This document shows positions 31,172 through 42,200 of a stretch of 64,000 nucleotides of DNA, one piece after another. Within the stretch, counting starts at the first letter, position 1. Each line of letters starts with the position of its first letter. A model generated the notes under the pieces. That model was not told the DNA's origin. It worked only from the letters and a program-made list of their open reading frames with translations, and searched no databases. Origin of the DNA: a virus. The DNA lies in IMG/VR virus record IMGVR_UViG_3300032092_000025, positions 5,473 through 69,472 of that record. One strand, 5' to 3'. The position numbers and the translations under genes are program-made.

Positions 31172-31201
31172 AAAAAAAGGTGCTTTTAGAACACCCTTTT
31201 T
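31172..31201 (-). terminator. Rho-independent terminator
   Basis: Minus strand AAGGGTGT-TCTAAAA-GCACCTTT stem (with G-U pairs) followed by a T-run. Confidence 0.65.
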
Positions 31202-31230
31202 ATTATTATTTTTTTTCAAAACTATTGATT

Positions 31231-31596
31231 TCATATCGGTTTTAATTCGTCAAATGTCATATTGACCCAACTTAATTCTTCGGGGGGAAGAGCGGGTTTG
31301 ACTAAGAAACCAAGTATACGCAGAAAAAAAGGTATTCTACTTTTAAACCATTTTTTAAAAATGGTTACTAAGTTTTTATAGTTTAAACTGAATATACTTT
31401 CAAATCTAAACCACAGTTCCTTTGTTTTAATATATATAGTGTTATACTCTTTATAATACACCGCCAATACCTTTTTATCTGAATTTAGAAAAAATATAGC
31501 ATTTTTTTTATCACTTATATATCCACCTTCAAAGGTTTTATCTAAATAACTGAATATTGCTTTAAAATATCTTGGTTCGTCAATTATAAATCTCAT
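31231..31596 (-). CDS. Hypothetical protein
   Basis: 121-aa ORF beginning MRFIIDE, similar to the MKIIISE leader at 58615. Confidence 0.55.
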   Translation of the reverse strand: MRFIIDEPRYFKAIFSYLDKTFEGGYISDKKNAIFFLNSDKKVLAVYYKEYNTIYIKTKELWFRFESIFSLNYKNLVTIFKKWFKSRIPFFLRILGFLVKPALPPEELSWVNMTFDELKPI

Positions 31597-31599
31597 GTA

Positions 31600-32277
31600 T
31601 TATTTAACTTCAACAGGTCTTTCATTACCAGGAAAATCCCTGAAACTATCTTTAATATCTGAAGGTGTAAAATCTTTAACATCATCGGTTGTTAAAATAT
31701 ATTCATTTTTTCCTGACTTCTCCATCTCTTCTTCCTTATCTACGAAGAAGTCTGAAAGTTTTTGGTTGTAAGGTCCTGAATCTAAACTTCTTAATTCAAG
31801 TTTTTCTTGTGCCGTTTTTGGTCTGTATTTTTCAACTTTAGCCTCCAATGAATCAATTTTAGAAACTAAGTTGTCCATTTCACCTAATTTGCTTTGTAGG
31901 TTTTCTAATTGACTAAAAAGATTATCAAAATACTCCTCTTGTTTTGTTTCTATGTTTTGTTGAGATTTTACTAAATCAGTAATATCCATTTCTTCGGTAC
32001 CTTCACCTTCTTCTTCTGTTTCCCCTTCAGGTCCGATTTTTTCAACGTCGGGGTCTGTTGCAGGGTCAATAGGTGTAGGTTCTGCCGGTGGTGCGGGTGC
32101 TACCCCTCCAGGAGGTGGAGGAGTTACTCCTCCTGCCGCTGGGTCTGCCCCTGCTAACGGGTCTGCGGGTGGAGCATCTGCCGGAGGTGGTACATCCAAG
32201 GCTTCTTGTTCGTAGATATATTTATTAATTTGATTATATCTTCTCAATTCTTCTAAAATTTTGTAATCAGCACTCAT
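31600..32277 (-). CDS. Acidic, Pro-rich coiled-coil protein (possible internal head or scaffold protein)
   Basis: PPPADAPPADP...EEEGEG segment followed by a heptad region; N-terminal ILEE...IYEQ. Confidence 0.5.
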   Translation of the reverse strand: MSADYKILEELRRYNQINKYIYEQEALDVPPPADAPPADPLAGADPAAGGVTPPPPGGVAPAPPAEPTPIDPATDPDVEKIGPEGETEEEGEGTEEMDITDLVKSQQNIETKQEEYFDNLFSQLENLQSKLGEMDNLVSKIDSLEAKVEKYRPKTAQEKLELRSLDSGPYNQKLSDFFVDKEEEMEKSGKNEYILTTDDVKDFTPSDIKDSFRDFPGNERPVEVK

Positions 32278-32280
32278 TTT

Positions 32281-32508
32281 TTAACCATTCAATAATTGTT
32301 TTATTCCTGTAGCGGTTTCAACCTGAATTTTCTTAGATTGATTCATTGTGTTGTCTACTCTTTCGATAAGACCGTCTTTCATTCTTACGGTATAACATTC
32401 ACCGCTGTCCAAATCACAAACTTGTTTTGAACCATTTCCCAAATCTTTTTCGGACACTCTAGTGTTCTTACCTAGATAACTATCCAATATATTTTTAACT
32501 GAGCTCAT
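32281..32508 (-). CDS. Hypothetical protein
   Basis: 75 aa with VCDLDSGECY; preceded by TATTTAT at 32523-32529. Confidence 0.6.
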   Translation of the reverse strand: MSSVKNILDSYLGKNTRVSEKDLGNGSKQVCDLDSGECYTVRMKDGLIERVDNTMNQSKKIQVETATGIKQLLNG

Positions 32509-32546
32509 AATATTTTTATTATATAAATATCTTCATTTATGATAAA

Positions 32547-35500
32547 TCACAATCCTAATTTTTTGGCTTCTGAAATACCCTGTCTTATAGTTTTTATTCT
32601 ATTTTTAATACCGTCAGTTTCTTTTTGAGTTACAAATACATCTGTTGTCTTTTTATTTGGCCAAGAGTTAGTAATAAACTTAGCGATGTCTTCCGCCATT
32701 TCGTCTTCCGTTTTTGTAAACAAATTATTTGTTTTAAATTTTTTAATTTCATTAACTCTATTAGTCAGAGAACTAACCATAAAATTAATAAATTTATCGA
32801 AATCCGAAAACGATGCAAATGAACTTTGGGTGTTATTACTGTTCAAACAGAAATATTTATTATCCATATCAACTTTTCTCGAGCCATAATTAAATTCTAC
32901 ATTGTTTTCTACAATATCTAATTTAATAGCCCCCATATTCCAATTATAAGCCCTGAATCCTGTAGATGTTGAACTTGATAAATACATTATTGACCATAAT
33001 ACATAATTCACTTTATCTCTAGTATTAACTTGGAGTGTTTGTGTTTTGGCGGTAATGGTTTTAAATGCGTCTTGAAAATTAATTTCTTTGAACGTTGGAG
33101 TTGTAACCTCAAAGTCTTCGTAAGCGTTATTTACTCTACAATTTTGATTTTGATTAAGTTGAGCGTCATTAGTATTCTTACCTCCTGATTCTGCTTGTTG
33201 TTGAGGTGTGTTTGCCGATGATGAAGATTTAGTGTCTTTTTGTTGTGTGTTTCTACTAATTATAGAACTAATTAAACTTTCTCTCATACTTTGTATATAA
33301 GAATCTAGTTTTGGTAAGGAATATATTGCCTGTCTGATACCTTTAAAGTTTGTATCAAAAGTACCGGGTGTTATATTATGTTCTACTTCCATAATCATAT
33401 ATGGACCACTAAACATCGGTACGTGTCTTAGATTGAAATACATTGTTGGTTGTATTAACGCATTACCCATCATACTTACTGAACAAGAATATGACCTATT
33501 TTTGTAAAGGTTATAAAGTGATACGTTCTGTGTTGAACTTCTTTTTCCTGATGCTGCGTTACCCATATCGGATATTGTTGCCAAAGATTCTGAAGTCGCC
33601 TTTCCAGCGTCTTGTGAAACTGAAAAGTTTGTGAATATATTCTGATTTGTTGTACCAATATCTACGTTAAATCCAACGACTCTATTAGACATCGCCCAAT
33701 CTTTTTTATCTGTTTGGTCTTCAGTGAGTGGAACCTCTCCAACTCTTTCTAATTTAAATCCATCATTTTTAAATCTATATTCACCTTTTAAATCCAAATG
33801 TTCTGACGGTTTACCAGCGTATAAACAAACCATTTTAGATGTAGATTTTCTATAATCAACTGACGTAAATGTTCCAAATAAAGAGTTTGCAAATTCTAAT
33901 GTACCCTCAAGTTTAGGTTCAGGATTTTTTGTTGGTGTATCAACATTATAAAAATTAACGTAGGCCGGTAAAGGCATCATTTGAAAGTTATTTTCCTGTA
34001 GTATTGATTTAACGTAAGCCAACAAATTACTCTTCATATTAAGACTTGATAGTAAATCGTTCAATTTGTTTACATCAACAATTATTTTATCACCGATGTC
34101 TCTACTAGCCCTATCAAGTAATAAAACGTCTTCAAATAATGTTCTATTTGATAAATCAATGCCAGCAATCCACTTATCGTTCAAAGCTTTAAGAGTTTCC
34201 CAAAGTTCTACCTTTGCTTGACTTCCAAATAACTGACTAACAACTTCTCTAACAGGTGATGTATTAACATCAGGTAATGACGTATTTAATTTTTTTGTCA
34301 TATAATCAAAACTTGAGTTTTGTAAATTAACATTTTTTGATACGTATGAACTTAAATCGTTTCTGAATTTATCAGCGGTATATGTATTGTCCTCAGATTT
34401 TTTGGTTGCATATATTCTAATTAATGGATAAAGTTTTGACACTGTAATTTCTGAGAACTCAATATCATTATCAATAAAAAAGTCAAATACAGTTGAGCCT
34501 GTGTCTGTGAATTTTATTTTTTCTATTGTCGTATCCCCTACATATAAATTTAATGTTTGCCAAGCATTGGGGTAAGTTGTTTTTGACTGTGCTAATGTGG
34601 TACCATTACTCTGTGTTGGAAGCGCGTTTGGTGTATTAGCGTTATATGATTGGTACTGAATTGGGTCGAATATAACATCGACACCTGAATTAGGATTTAT
34701 CGTAGTTGTTTTAGGTGAAGTTATAGATAAAAAGGTTTTTTTATCAAATTGGCTAGCGTTACCTATTTTTAATAATACATCAAAAGTTATGAAACTTTGT
34801 AATTGATTTTGGAAATTATTAAACTGTTGTTCTTTAGCGGAATTAATGTCTGATATTCCGGTTTGACCATTTGGTATTGATATTTCACACATTTTTGAAA
34901 ACAACATATGAAAATTCTGAAATGAGTTTTCAATTTCTGAAAAAGAACCATTTGCCGGTACATCAACCATTGGTTTAAAATTGTTTCTATTTGTACAAAA
35001 CTTCAAGAACAAATCCTCAAAATAATCCAAAATTGTTTTTTTGAATGTAGGAATCAAGTCGTAGATTTTTGTATATCCTGTTCCTCCATTTATTAAGAAA
35101 TTTTCTTGATTTTCCGTGTTAGTGTATAATGATTTAATATACTCATCAGGTGCGGGTTTCGATAAACTTTCGTTTTGAAAATATCCGTAATTTGGTGCCG
35201 ACCAAAATAATCTAGCAGAACCATTATACATATTTTTATTATTGTTAACCTCAATCTTCAAAGTGGGGGTATAAACCGTAGAACTTAGATTGGTGAAGCA
35301 TTCATTGAAAGTTTGATTAAATGTGTTACCGAAGGACGGTATTGGGAAAATCGAAGTTTTAGATTCATTTGGTAAATAAACCGACCAATAATTCATAGTC
35401 AACGTTCTTCCTGTATTAGAAGTATCAAAACCTTGACTTAAATTAGCGAATCCTTCTCGTTTTATTTGTAATGAATATTTGTCAATAGCGCTTTGAATAT

Positions 35501-38500
35501 CGATATCCGTGTAAGTGTTTCCGGTTATTACGTCGTAACCATTAAAGAAAAATGAGAAGTCATTTATTAATTTTGGATAAAACCCTAAATTAAATACTGA
35601 CCTAACATTCGTATTGGCTGAAAGTTCGTTTTGTAGTGTTATAGTTGTACCTGTTGTTTCACCTATACCTGTGAAAACATAACTCTTTGTTGTTGCTGAG
35701 CCTACTGGGTCGTAGTTTTTTAAATAATTAAAATCAGTCCATACGTCATCCAAAATATCAACATTATCTTCAATATACCTTTTATATCTGTACCAAATTG
35801 AACCGTATTTTAAAACCAAAGAATACGGCATTTTGTGAACACCTGAATATTTTTTTAAACATGAAAATATATAGTCCAAATTTTCGACAGTAGTTCCGGC
35901 CAAGTTTTTGTACTTCTCACTTGGTGTACTTAAAGGTAATGAATTTAAAAACAAATATGCAGATTTTACAAATGGATTGTTTAAACCTAATTTTATCCTG
36001 TCAACACCATTTTGAATTGAATTCAAAAAGTAAGGGGTATTCATCATTGATGTGGTTTGTAATGAACCCACTTCTCCACTATATACGTTAACAGTAGAAG
36101 TATAGTTAATAGACCCTTCAGTAACAATTTGGTTAGTTAAATTTGTAGCAGTCCTATTTGAATAGAAATTTTTTATAGTTGTTGTGTCTAAAATTCCATT
36201 ATTAGGATTAAATGTTAGATTTGTTTTATTAACAAAATTAAAATTAGTAAAAGGTCTTTTTGAGTTAATTGAATCTGAATTATTAAAATTACAAACTACT
36301 TTTTTGAGACCGTCATACTCAATTACTTTTTTAGTATCAAAAAAAGATTCTATATTTTGTAATGATTGACCATTAGATACATTATTTTTTAAATAATTGA
36401 GATTAGTAAATGGGTAAGTATCCAAAAAGTCCGGCGTATTATTCGCAGTATTTTTTATATAGTTTTGTATTTTTTCAATTCCAGGAACACTGTTGGAGGA
36501 TTGGTCAGGATTATTTATCTTAGAGAATATAGTACTATCGTAAAAATACCAATCTTGCTCTACATAGTTTTTTATGTATGGTGTTGTGTAAAGACCTCTA
36601 GCATATGTTTGCCAAGAACCTCCTTCTCCTGTGTTTGAGATGTGTTTAAGTACACCATTAATATTAGAGGAATTTAAAGCGAATTCTTTTAACTTTTTGA
36701 TTAAGAATACATTTGAAGCACCTAATGAATTGGAAATATTAGTAAATTCAGTTTCACCTATTAATTCGTGTATCGATTGTGATTCGGGGTTTCCTCTGTT
36801 TATTCTACTGTAGTTAATTATAAAATTCATTCTTTCCCAAAGTTCGTAGATGAATTTTATTTCCTCTTTATTCAAGTACGCATCGTTTGTAAACGGATAC
36901 TCTATGGGGTTTAACATCAATCTAGTAACGGATTGTTCATTAGCATTTGGTAAACTTTCAACCGGTATATCAGTTAATTTTTGAGTATAACCTTTAATTA
37001 GTTCTTCAACAAATTCAACTTCAGGCCAAACGTCATATCTATAAGATTGTGTTATTGCTGCGTTATTGGCATCTCCAGGATATTTAATTTCAAAAACATT
37101 TTCACCATCTACGGTTGTCTCAACTATATATTGAGGCCAAGGGAAAACAAAAGGATTATTAGCATCGGAATTGGTTTGATTTAAAATAACACTTTTTCTA
37201 ACTTCACTATCCTTTTGGTTAAATGCTGCTTTATGTACGTCATCCATCAGTCGTAAAAACGCCTCACCATTTGCGAAAAACACCGCCAAAACGTTTCTGA
37301 TTGTTGGTATAAAACCTATTGAAAATGCACTTCCATCTTTAAGAAGTTTGTTTAAATCGTCGGTTATCTTTTTTAGAATATCACTCTTTTTTTGTATGAG
37401 TTCTTTACTCATTTTTTTTGTTCGTTCTATAAAAGTATCGTAACCATCAACTGTTTTACCTTCAAACGCATAAAAGTAAGATGTTGAGCCAGAGTTATTT
37501 TTCTTTGCATTTAATTCTACTTCGGTATTAATTGTGAAACTAGATAAACCACCTGAAAAAGTTGGGTTTGTAGATGCAGCATTTCCTTGCGCCACGTATG
37601 TTGCATTATAATCAACCTTTTTGGGGTCTAATTTAAACTCTATCCACTCAGGTAATTCAGATATTACTTTTATTTGTTTGACAACATCTTTTTTATAATC
37701 AATTAAATTTTTAACCTCATAGTTTTTGTTTTTACCCAAAGATGGATTATCGTCTAACTTTTTATTATTTTCAAAAATAATTTTAACCAATTCTGAAGTT
37801 GCCTTTATAACCGCAGCGTCTTCATTATATTCTTTCTTAAATTGATAAACCCTTTGTTTATCCTTTGTTATTATGACAGCATTTTGGTCCATATAATCGG
37901 AAAACCAAGACTTGACATTAGGGTCGGTACTAAAAACACTTTTTTGATAATTTGTTAAATCATTGTTGTAATTATCTACATCTGACAATGCCTGCATATC
38001 ACCTGTACTTCCAAAATTCATTAACACTTCCTTTATAAAGGTGTCTAATTTTTTTTGGAATTGGGCTAAGGTCAGTTTTGGAAAATCTGAGGGTATTAAA
38101 CCCTTGGCGATATATTCATCATAAACCGATGATATTTTTTCGTATCCGCCATAAACTTCACCGTCTGATAAATTAGATAGGTTTGCCAACGGATTGGATT
38201 GCGGTTGTTTTATCTGAACATTTGATTTAAACATATATGGTACCGCCATCATATAAGCCATAGTAAGTTCAGATAACATAGAATATTTGTAGGTGTAAAA
38301 CTTCAACCTTACAACAAAATTACCTGAATTAGTATCAAAAGATGCATTGAAATTTTGTAACATCAATTGGTACCTTATCGCTTGACCATAAAAACCTTTC
38401 ATGGTTAAATAAAATTTTGGGTAGGGTAAATTGAAGAATGCTGCGTATGGTGATTTGTCACCTAATTCAAATAAAGCCCTTCCTCTAACATCTTCTAAAG

Positions 38501-38933
38501 TTATGTTAACTTCAGGTAAGAACGATAATGTTGTTTTAACTTGTATTTGAGTTATACCTAATAATGATGTTTCTTTAACACTATTACTCAATAAATTTGG
38601 GTCATCCTCGTAAGCCCTAAAAGTTTCGGGTGGTTTTGTTTGGTCGGCGGTAAATGAATCTATGTAGTTATTTGTTAGGTATTTTGAATTACTTGGATTC
38701 AAAAAATTAATCTTTGCTAATGATATTGTTTGTATTTCAGAACTTTCGATACCCGCAGTGAGTTTTGACCTTGGGATTACCTCGGCTTCTAAATTCGCAT
38801 ACATAACTAAATTTTCGTGCTTTACTAATCTTTGTTTTGCCCTACCATCACTATCAATGATTTTGTTAGGGTCCGCTACGAAAATATTTTGATAGTCAAA
38901 CTCAACTAAAATATTTTCACTGTTATCTGCCAT
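32547..38933 (-). CDS. Giant baseplate hub-like protein (gp27/gpD-type) with a C-terminal lysozyme-like domain
   Basis: CSVSMMGNALIQP...FSGPYMIMEVEHNITPGTFDTNFKG resembles the C-terminus of gpD/gp27/VgrG hubs; canonical position after tape measure, initiator and LysM genes. Confidence 0.6.
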   Translation of the reverse strand: MADNSENILVEFDYQNIFVADPNKIIDSDGRAKQRLVKHENLVMYANLEAEVIPRSKLTAGIESSEIQTISLAKINFLNPSNSKYLTNNYIDSFTADQTKPPETFRAYEDDPNLLSNSVKETSLLGITQIQVKTTLSFLPEVNITLEDVRGRALFELGDKSPYAAFFNLPYPKFYLTMKGFYGQAIRYQLMLQNFNASFDTNSGNFVVRLKFYTYKYSMLSELTMAYMMAVPYMFKSNVQIKQPQSNPLANLSNLSDGEVYGGYEKISSVYDEYIAKGLIPSDFPKLTLAQFQKKLDTFIKEVLMNFGSTGDMQALSDVDNYNNDLTNYQKSVFSTDPNVKSWFSDYMDQNAVIITKDKQRVYQFKKEYNEDAAVIKATSELVKIIFENNKKLDDNPSLGKNKNYEVKNLIDYKKDVVKQIKVISELPEWIEFKLDPKKVDYNATYVAQGNAASTNPTFSGGLSSFTINTEVELNAKKNNSGSTSYFYAFEGKTVDGYDTFIERTKKMSKELIQKKSDILKKITDDLNKLLKDGSAFSIGFIPTIRNVLAVFFANGEAFLRLMDDVHKAAFNQKDSEVRKSVILNQTNSDANNPFVFPWPQYIVETTVDGENVFEIKYPGDANNAAITQSYRYDVWPEVEFVEELIKGYTQKLTDIPVESLPNANEQSVTRLMLNPIEYPFTNDAYLNKEEIKFIYELWERMNFIINYSRINRGNPESQSIHELIGETEFTNISNSLGASNVFLIKKLKEFALNSSNINGVLKHISNTGEGGSWQTYARGLYTTPYIKNYVEQDWYFYDSTIFSKINNPDQSSNSVPGIEKIQNYIKNTANNTPDFLDTYPFTNLNYLKNNVSNGQSLQNIESFFDTKKVIEYDGLKKVVCNFNNSDSINSKRPFTNFNFVNKTNLTFNPNNGILDTTTIKNFYSNRTATNLTNQIVTEGSINYTSTVNVYSGEVGSLQTTSMMNTPYFLNSIQNGVDRIKLGLNNPFVKSAYLFLNSLPLSTPSEKYKNLAGTTVENLDYIFSCLKKYSGVHKMPYSLVLKYGSIWYRYKRYIEDNVDILDDVWTDFNYLKNYDPVGSATTKSYVFTGIGETTGTTITLQNELSANTNVRSVFNLGFYPKLINDFSFFFNGYDVITGNTYTDIDIQSAIDKYSLQIKREGFANLSQGFDTSNTGRTLTMNYWSVYLPNESKTSIFPIPSFGNTFNQTFNECFTNLSSTVYTPTLKIEVNNNKNMYNGSARLFWSAPNYGYFQNESLSKPAPDEYIKSLYTNTENQENFLINGGTGYTKIYDLIPTFKKTILDYFEDLFLKFCTNRNNFKPMVDVPANGSFSEIENSFQNFHMLFSKMCEISIPNGQTGISDINSAKEQQFNNFQNQLQSFITFDVLLKIGNASQFDKKTFLSITSPKTTTINPNSGVDVIFDPIQYQSYNANTPNALPTQSNGTTLAQSKTTYPNAWQTLNLYVGDTTIEKIKFTDTGSTVFDFFIDNDIEFSEITVSKLYPLIRIYATKKSEDNTYTADKFRNDLSSYVSKNVNLQNSSFDYMTKKLNTSLPDVNTSPVREVVSQLFGSQAKVELWETLKALNDKWIAGIDLSNRTLFEDVLLLDRASRDIGDKIIVDVNKLNDLLSSLNMKSNLLAYVKSILQENNFQMMPLPAYVNFYNVDTPTKNPEPKLEGTLEFANSLFGTFTSVDYRKSTSKMVCLYAGKPSEHLDLKGEYRFKNDGFKLERVGEVPLTEDQTDKKDWAMSNRVVGFNVDIGTTNQNIFTNFSVSQDAGKATSESLATISDMGNAASGKRSSTQNVSLYNLYKNRSYSCSVSMMGNALIQPTMYFNLRHVPMFSGPYMIMEVEHNITPGTFDTNFKGIRQAIYSLPKLDSYIQSMRESLISSIISRNTQQKDTKSSSSANTPQQQAESGGKNTNDAQLNQNQNCRVNNAYEDFEVTTPTFKEINFQDAFKTITAKTQTLQVNTRDKVNYVLWSIMYLSSSTSTGFRAYNWNMGAIKLDIVENNVEFNYGSRKVDMDNKYFCLNSNNTQSSFASFSDFDKFINFMVSSLTNRVNEIKKFKTNNLFTKTEDEMAEDIAKFITNSWPNKKTTDVFVTQKETDGIKNRIKTIRQGISEAKKLGL

Positions 38934-39246
38934 AATAATAGAAATGTGTTTCTAAGGCTCCTTTATAGTCCTGTAATGATGGTAATAAAGGAAACGGTAT
39001 TGTCAATACTGTACCATCCGGTATTTCAAATTCGTTAGATGAGAACTGCGGATTGGCTTGTAGTATTAACCATCCAAAAAAAGGAGAATTATAAAATTGT
39101 TGGGATACTTTATCTAACCTTGACTGACCTTGTTTGTAAATGTAAACACGGTCAGTTGTCTTTGGAGTCAACTTGACATATGGGACTACGGTTTGTTGAC
39201 CACTAACTAAAAAATCATTGTATCTGTTGTAATACTCCAAAGCCAT
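38923..39246 (-). CDS. LysM / tail gpX / gp53-like baseplate protein
   Basis: RLDKVSQQFYNSPFFGWLILQANP...IPDGTVLTIP; start placed at ATG 39246 (MALEYY). Confidence 0.8.
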   Translation of the reverse strand: MALEYYNRYNDFLVSGQQTVVPYVKLTPKTTDRVYIYKQGQSRLDKVSQQFYNSPFFGWLILQANPQFSSNEFEIPDGTVLTIPFPLLPSLQDYKGALETHFYYYGR

Positions 39247-39247
39247 G

Positions 39248-42200
39248 TTAATTAAATTTTTTCTTACCGTTAAATTTATTTGAGTCACCAGTATTCAAAG
39301 TTGATGCTAAATCTAAAAACTTCTGTTTTTGTACATCTGTTGGTGATGCCGACTTCATGTAATCTAATTCTCTTTTATTAGAAAGTTTATTAAATGGGTT
39401 AAAGAAGTTTACATACTTATTGTATTTTACGGCCGCCCTTATTTTAAGATTATACTTTTTGTTTTGTTCTTTTTGTTCTTTAGTAAAGTTTTCATGCATT
39501 GAATCTTGTCCTATATTGAAGTCGATAGTATCAATAAATCTTAACCCAAGAATCTTATTCATAACGTCTTCCGGTTTTTTCGGTACGGTTATTCTATTTC
39601 CACCAATAACATCACCATCCGGTAATAGAACCTTTTTAAATGCTTCCAAATTGTTCTTATCCAAGAATATCTTTGACATCAACATAAAAAATCTTTGTTC
39701 ATACTCTGTTTGGAGAATATCAGAACTATATTCAAACGAGACATCAGGTTCAGATAAAATTTGTTCTGCATAAATAAATTGTAAGAAATCTTGGTACTGC
39801 CCTGGCATTAAATCATAGTCAGATTTTAAATCCGTTTGTGAATCTCCCGATAAATTGTATACAATTACCTCGCCATTATCTAAGACCTTACCATCTATAT
39901 TAGAGAAAATTATATTCATTTTATCTAACGAAGAAATCAAAGCGAGTTCTTGATTGTAAAGTTGTTCCAATTCAATATCAATACCATTAACAAAATCTTG
40001 TCTCATATTTTCTACATAGTTCAACATATTAGTTCTAATTGTTGTAACAACTGTTCCACCAGAAGAGAATCCTTTATTCAAGTAGAACTGTATTATTGTG
40101 TTATAATCTAACGTTATATCATTTTTAACATCATCAATCAACTTGTTCATTTGTTGTTGTGTTTCAGAGCATTTGCCAAATAACATTGTAGTGTCTGCCG
40201 AAGCAACCAATCCTTTTATGTATTTTCTTTTAGTAGTAATTGTTCTTACAATACCGTAATTGTAACTTTCTGATAGTGAAGTTAATTTACTAATCACTGA
40301 ACCAAAATATGTTTGCGATTGGTCAACTATTTGTTTCATTAACTCTCTATAACTTAATATTCCTGTTTCTGTAACATCAGAGAAGGTTTGTGATGTCTTA
40401 CCAAGTATGTTTGATGTGATATTACCAATAGTTTTTCCTACAGCATTTGGTTGTATGTTCGTAGGTGTTGACGGTTTAACCTCTGTATTTATTTTCTTTT
40501 TCTCATCAATAAGGGCATCTAATTTTGTCACGTCTTCGGTTGCAACGGACCTCTCATCGTATATTTCAGTATTAGCGTAGTAATTGAATGATAGTGCGTT
40601 TTGTAAGTCTTCTACAGGTCTTGCTAAACCTTGTCCGCCAATAAAATCAAATGAAAGTTGGACGTTAGCAATCATAGGTTGAAACCCTATACCTTCAGGA
40701 TTCATATCGTAAAGTTGCTCGTAAGTGATTTGTAAATTTTTTGGTATTATTTTAGTATGATAAAAATCACCAACTCGTAATACCAAAACAGGTGGAGAAC
40801 CAAATGCGGTATTTACAGAATCATTATACTTAGGTAACCCATCCTCACCAATAACGGGTATAGTATCACCAGGTCTCACACATTGATTTAGAAATGTCAA
40901 TCTAGAGTTTAGTCCTTCGGGTGTTATTGAATGGAATGACGGTGAGAAAACTTTTAATTTCTTTCTGAGTTCGTCGTAAATAAATGGGTCTTCATTTTTA
41001 AGAACTTCAAAATAATCACACTCGGTTAGTAAATCTCTTAACACTCTTTTAGACAAACCAGGTCTATTGATTATGTTTTCAGTAGTTGTGGTTTTAGCTT
41101 CTTTAGTTACTTTTCTTCCTGTTACTCTTTCTTCAGTTCTCGCTTTCTCCGCAGTTTTGTTTCCATTATTGTTGGTGTCTGTAGGGTCGGGTAAAACTTG
41201 TACGGGGATTACCTCGATTTTCATAAATCTAACACTTCTACAAGCCATAGAATCAGTCGTATATATCGCATCTGAGTCTGTCATTCTTTGACCTGCCTTT
41301 AGTCCACTTTCGTAAGTAGGATTAGTTGTACAAGTTGACGCTTCAAAATAACTATCACCCAAACCTTTAGCAGATACATTGGTCGCGGTTTCTCCTTGTG
41401 GGTCCTTATTTATCTTTAATTGTCTATTATCAAGGTATTTTGAAAAACTAATACCGTCTTTATCTCCCCCTGAACTATAATTTCTAAAGTATTGTATTAC
41501 CGAATCAATTCTTCTTTTGGATAAATTTAAATTATAAGCGTCGGATGCACTTGCAGATGCTGAACTTTCCATATCAATTACAACTTCATTTCCTTCGTTA
41601 AGAATCTCATATAGGTCTTTTGCCATCTCGTTATTAATGGTCTCGAAGTTATATTTAATCACTTGGTCAAAAAAGTTTCCAACCCCTTCTTTGTTGTTTT
41701 TCGCTTTATTTAAATATGTATCTTTTCTCTTGATGTAGTCATCATAATAAGTGTCATAAGGACCAGCGGCGGTTTCACCTTGATTAGGTGGTGGTATATT
41801 GTTATCAAAATAAAAACCTAATCCGATATATTTGTTCAAGTTAGCGGTCTGTTTGTCAGCATCATCAGTTTTTGGATTTAACTGTTCAGGTTTATTTGGT
41901 TGTATAGTAATAGTTTCAACTATGTTTTCATATTCCGCAGGACTTGTTGTTAGAATTTTTTGAATTTCTTGTAGAGCAGTTCTATTTACGGTTCCATATT
42001 TGGACGCTAAATCATATAAATCATATTTTTGACAACCTGCGAAAAATGATTCCAACATCTTATTTGCATTAATCGGTGTCTCATTTGCCAAAACTTTGTT
42101 CACCAAAATGTTTAAAACCGATGGATGGTCAACAACAATCTTCCAACTTAAACTTCCGTTTCTTGATGTGTTTTTATATGTATATATTGGCTCAGGTCTA

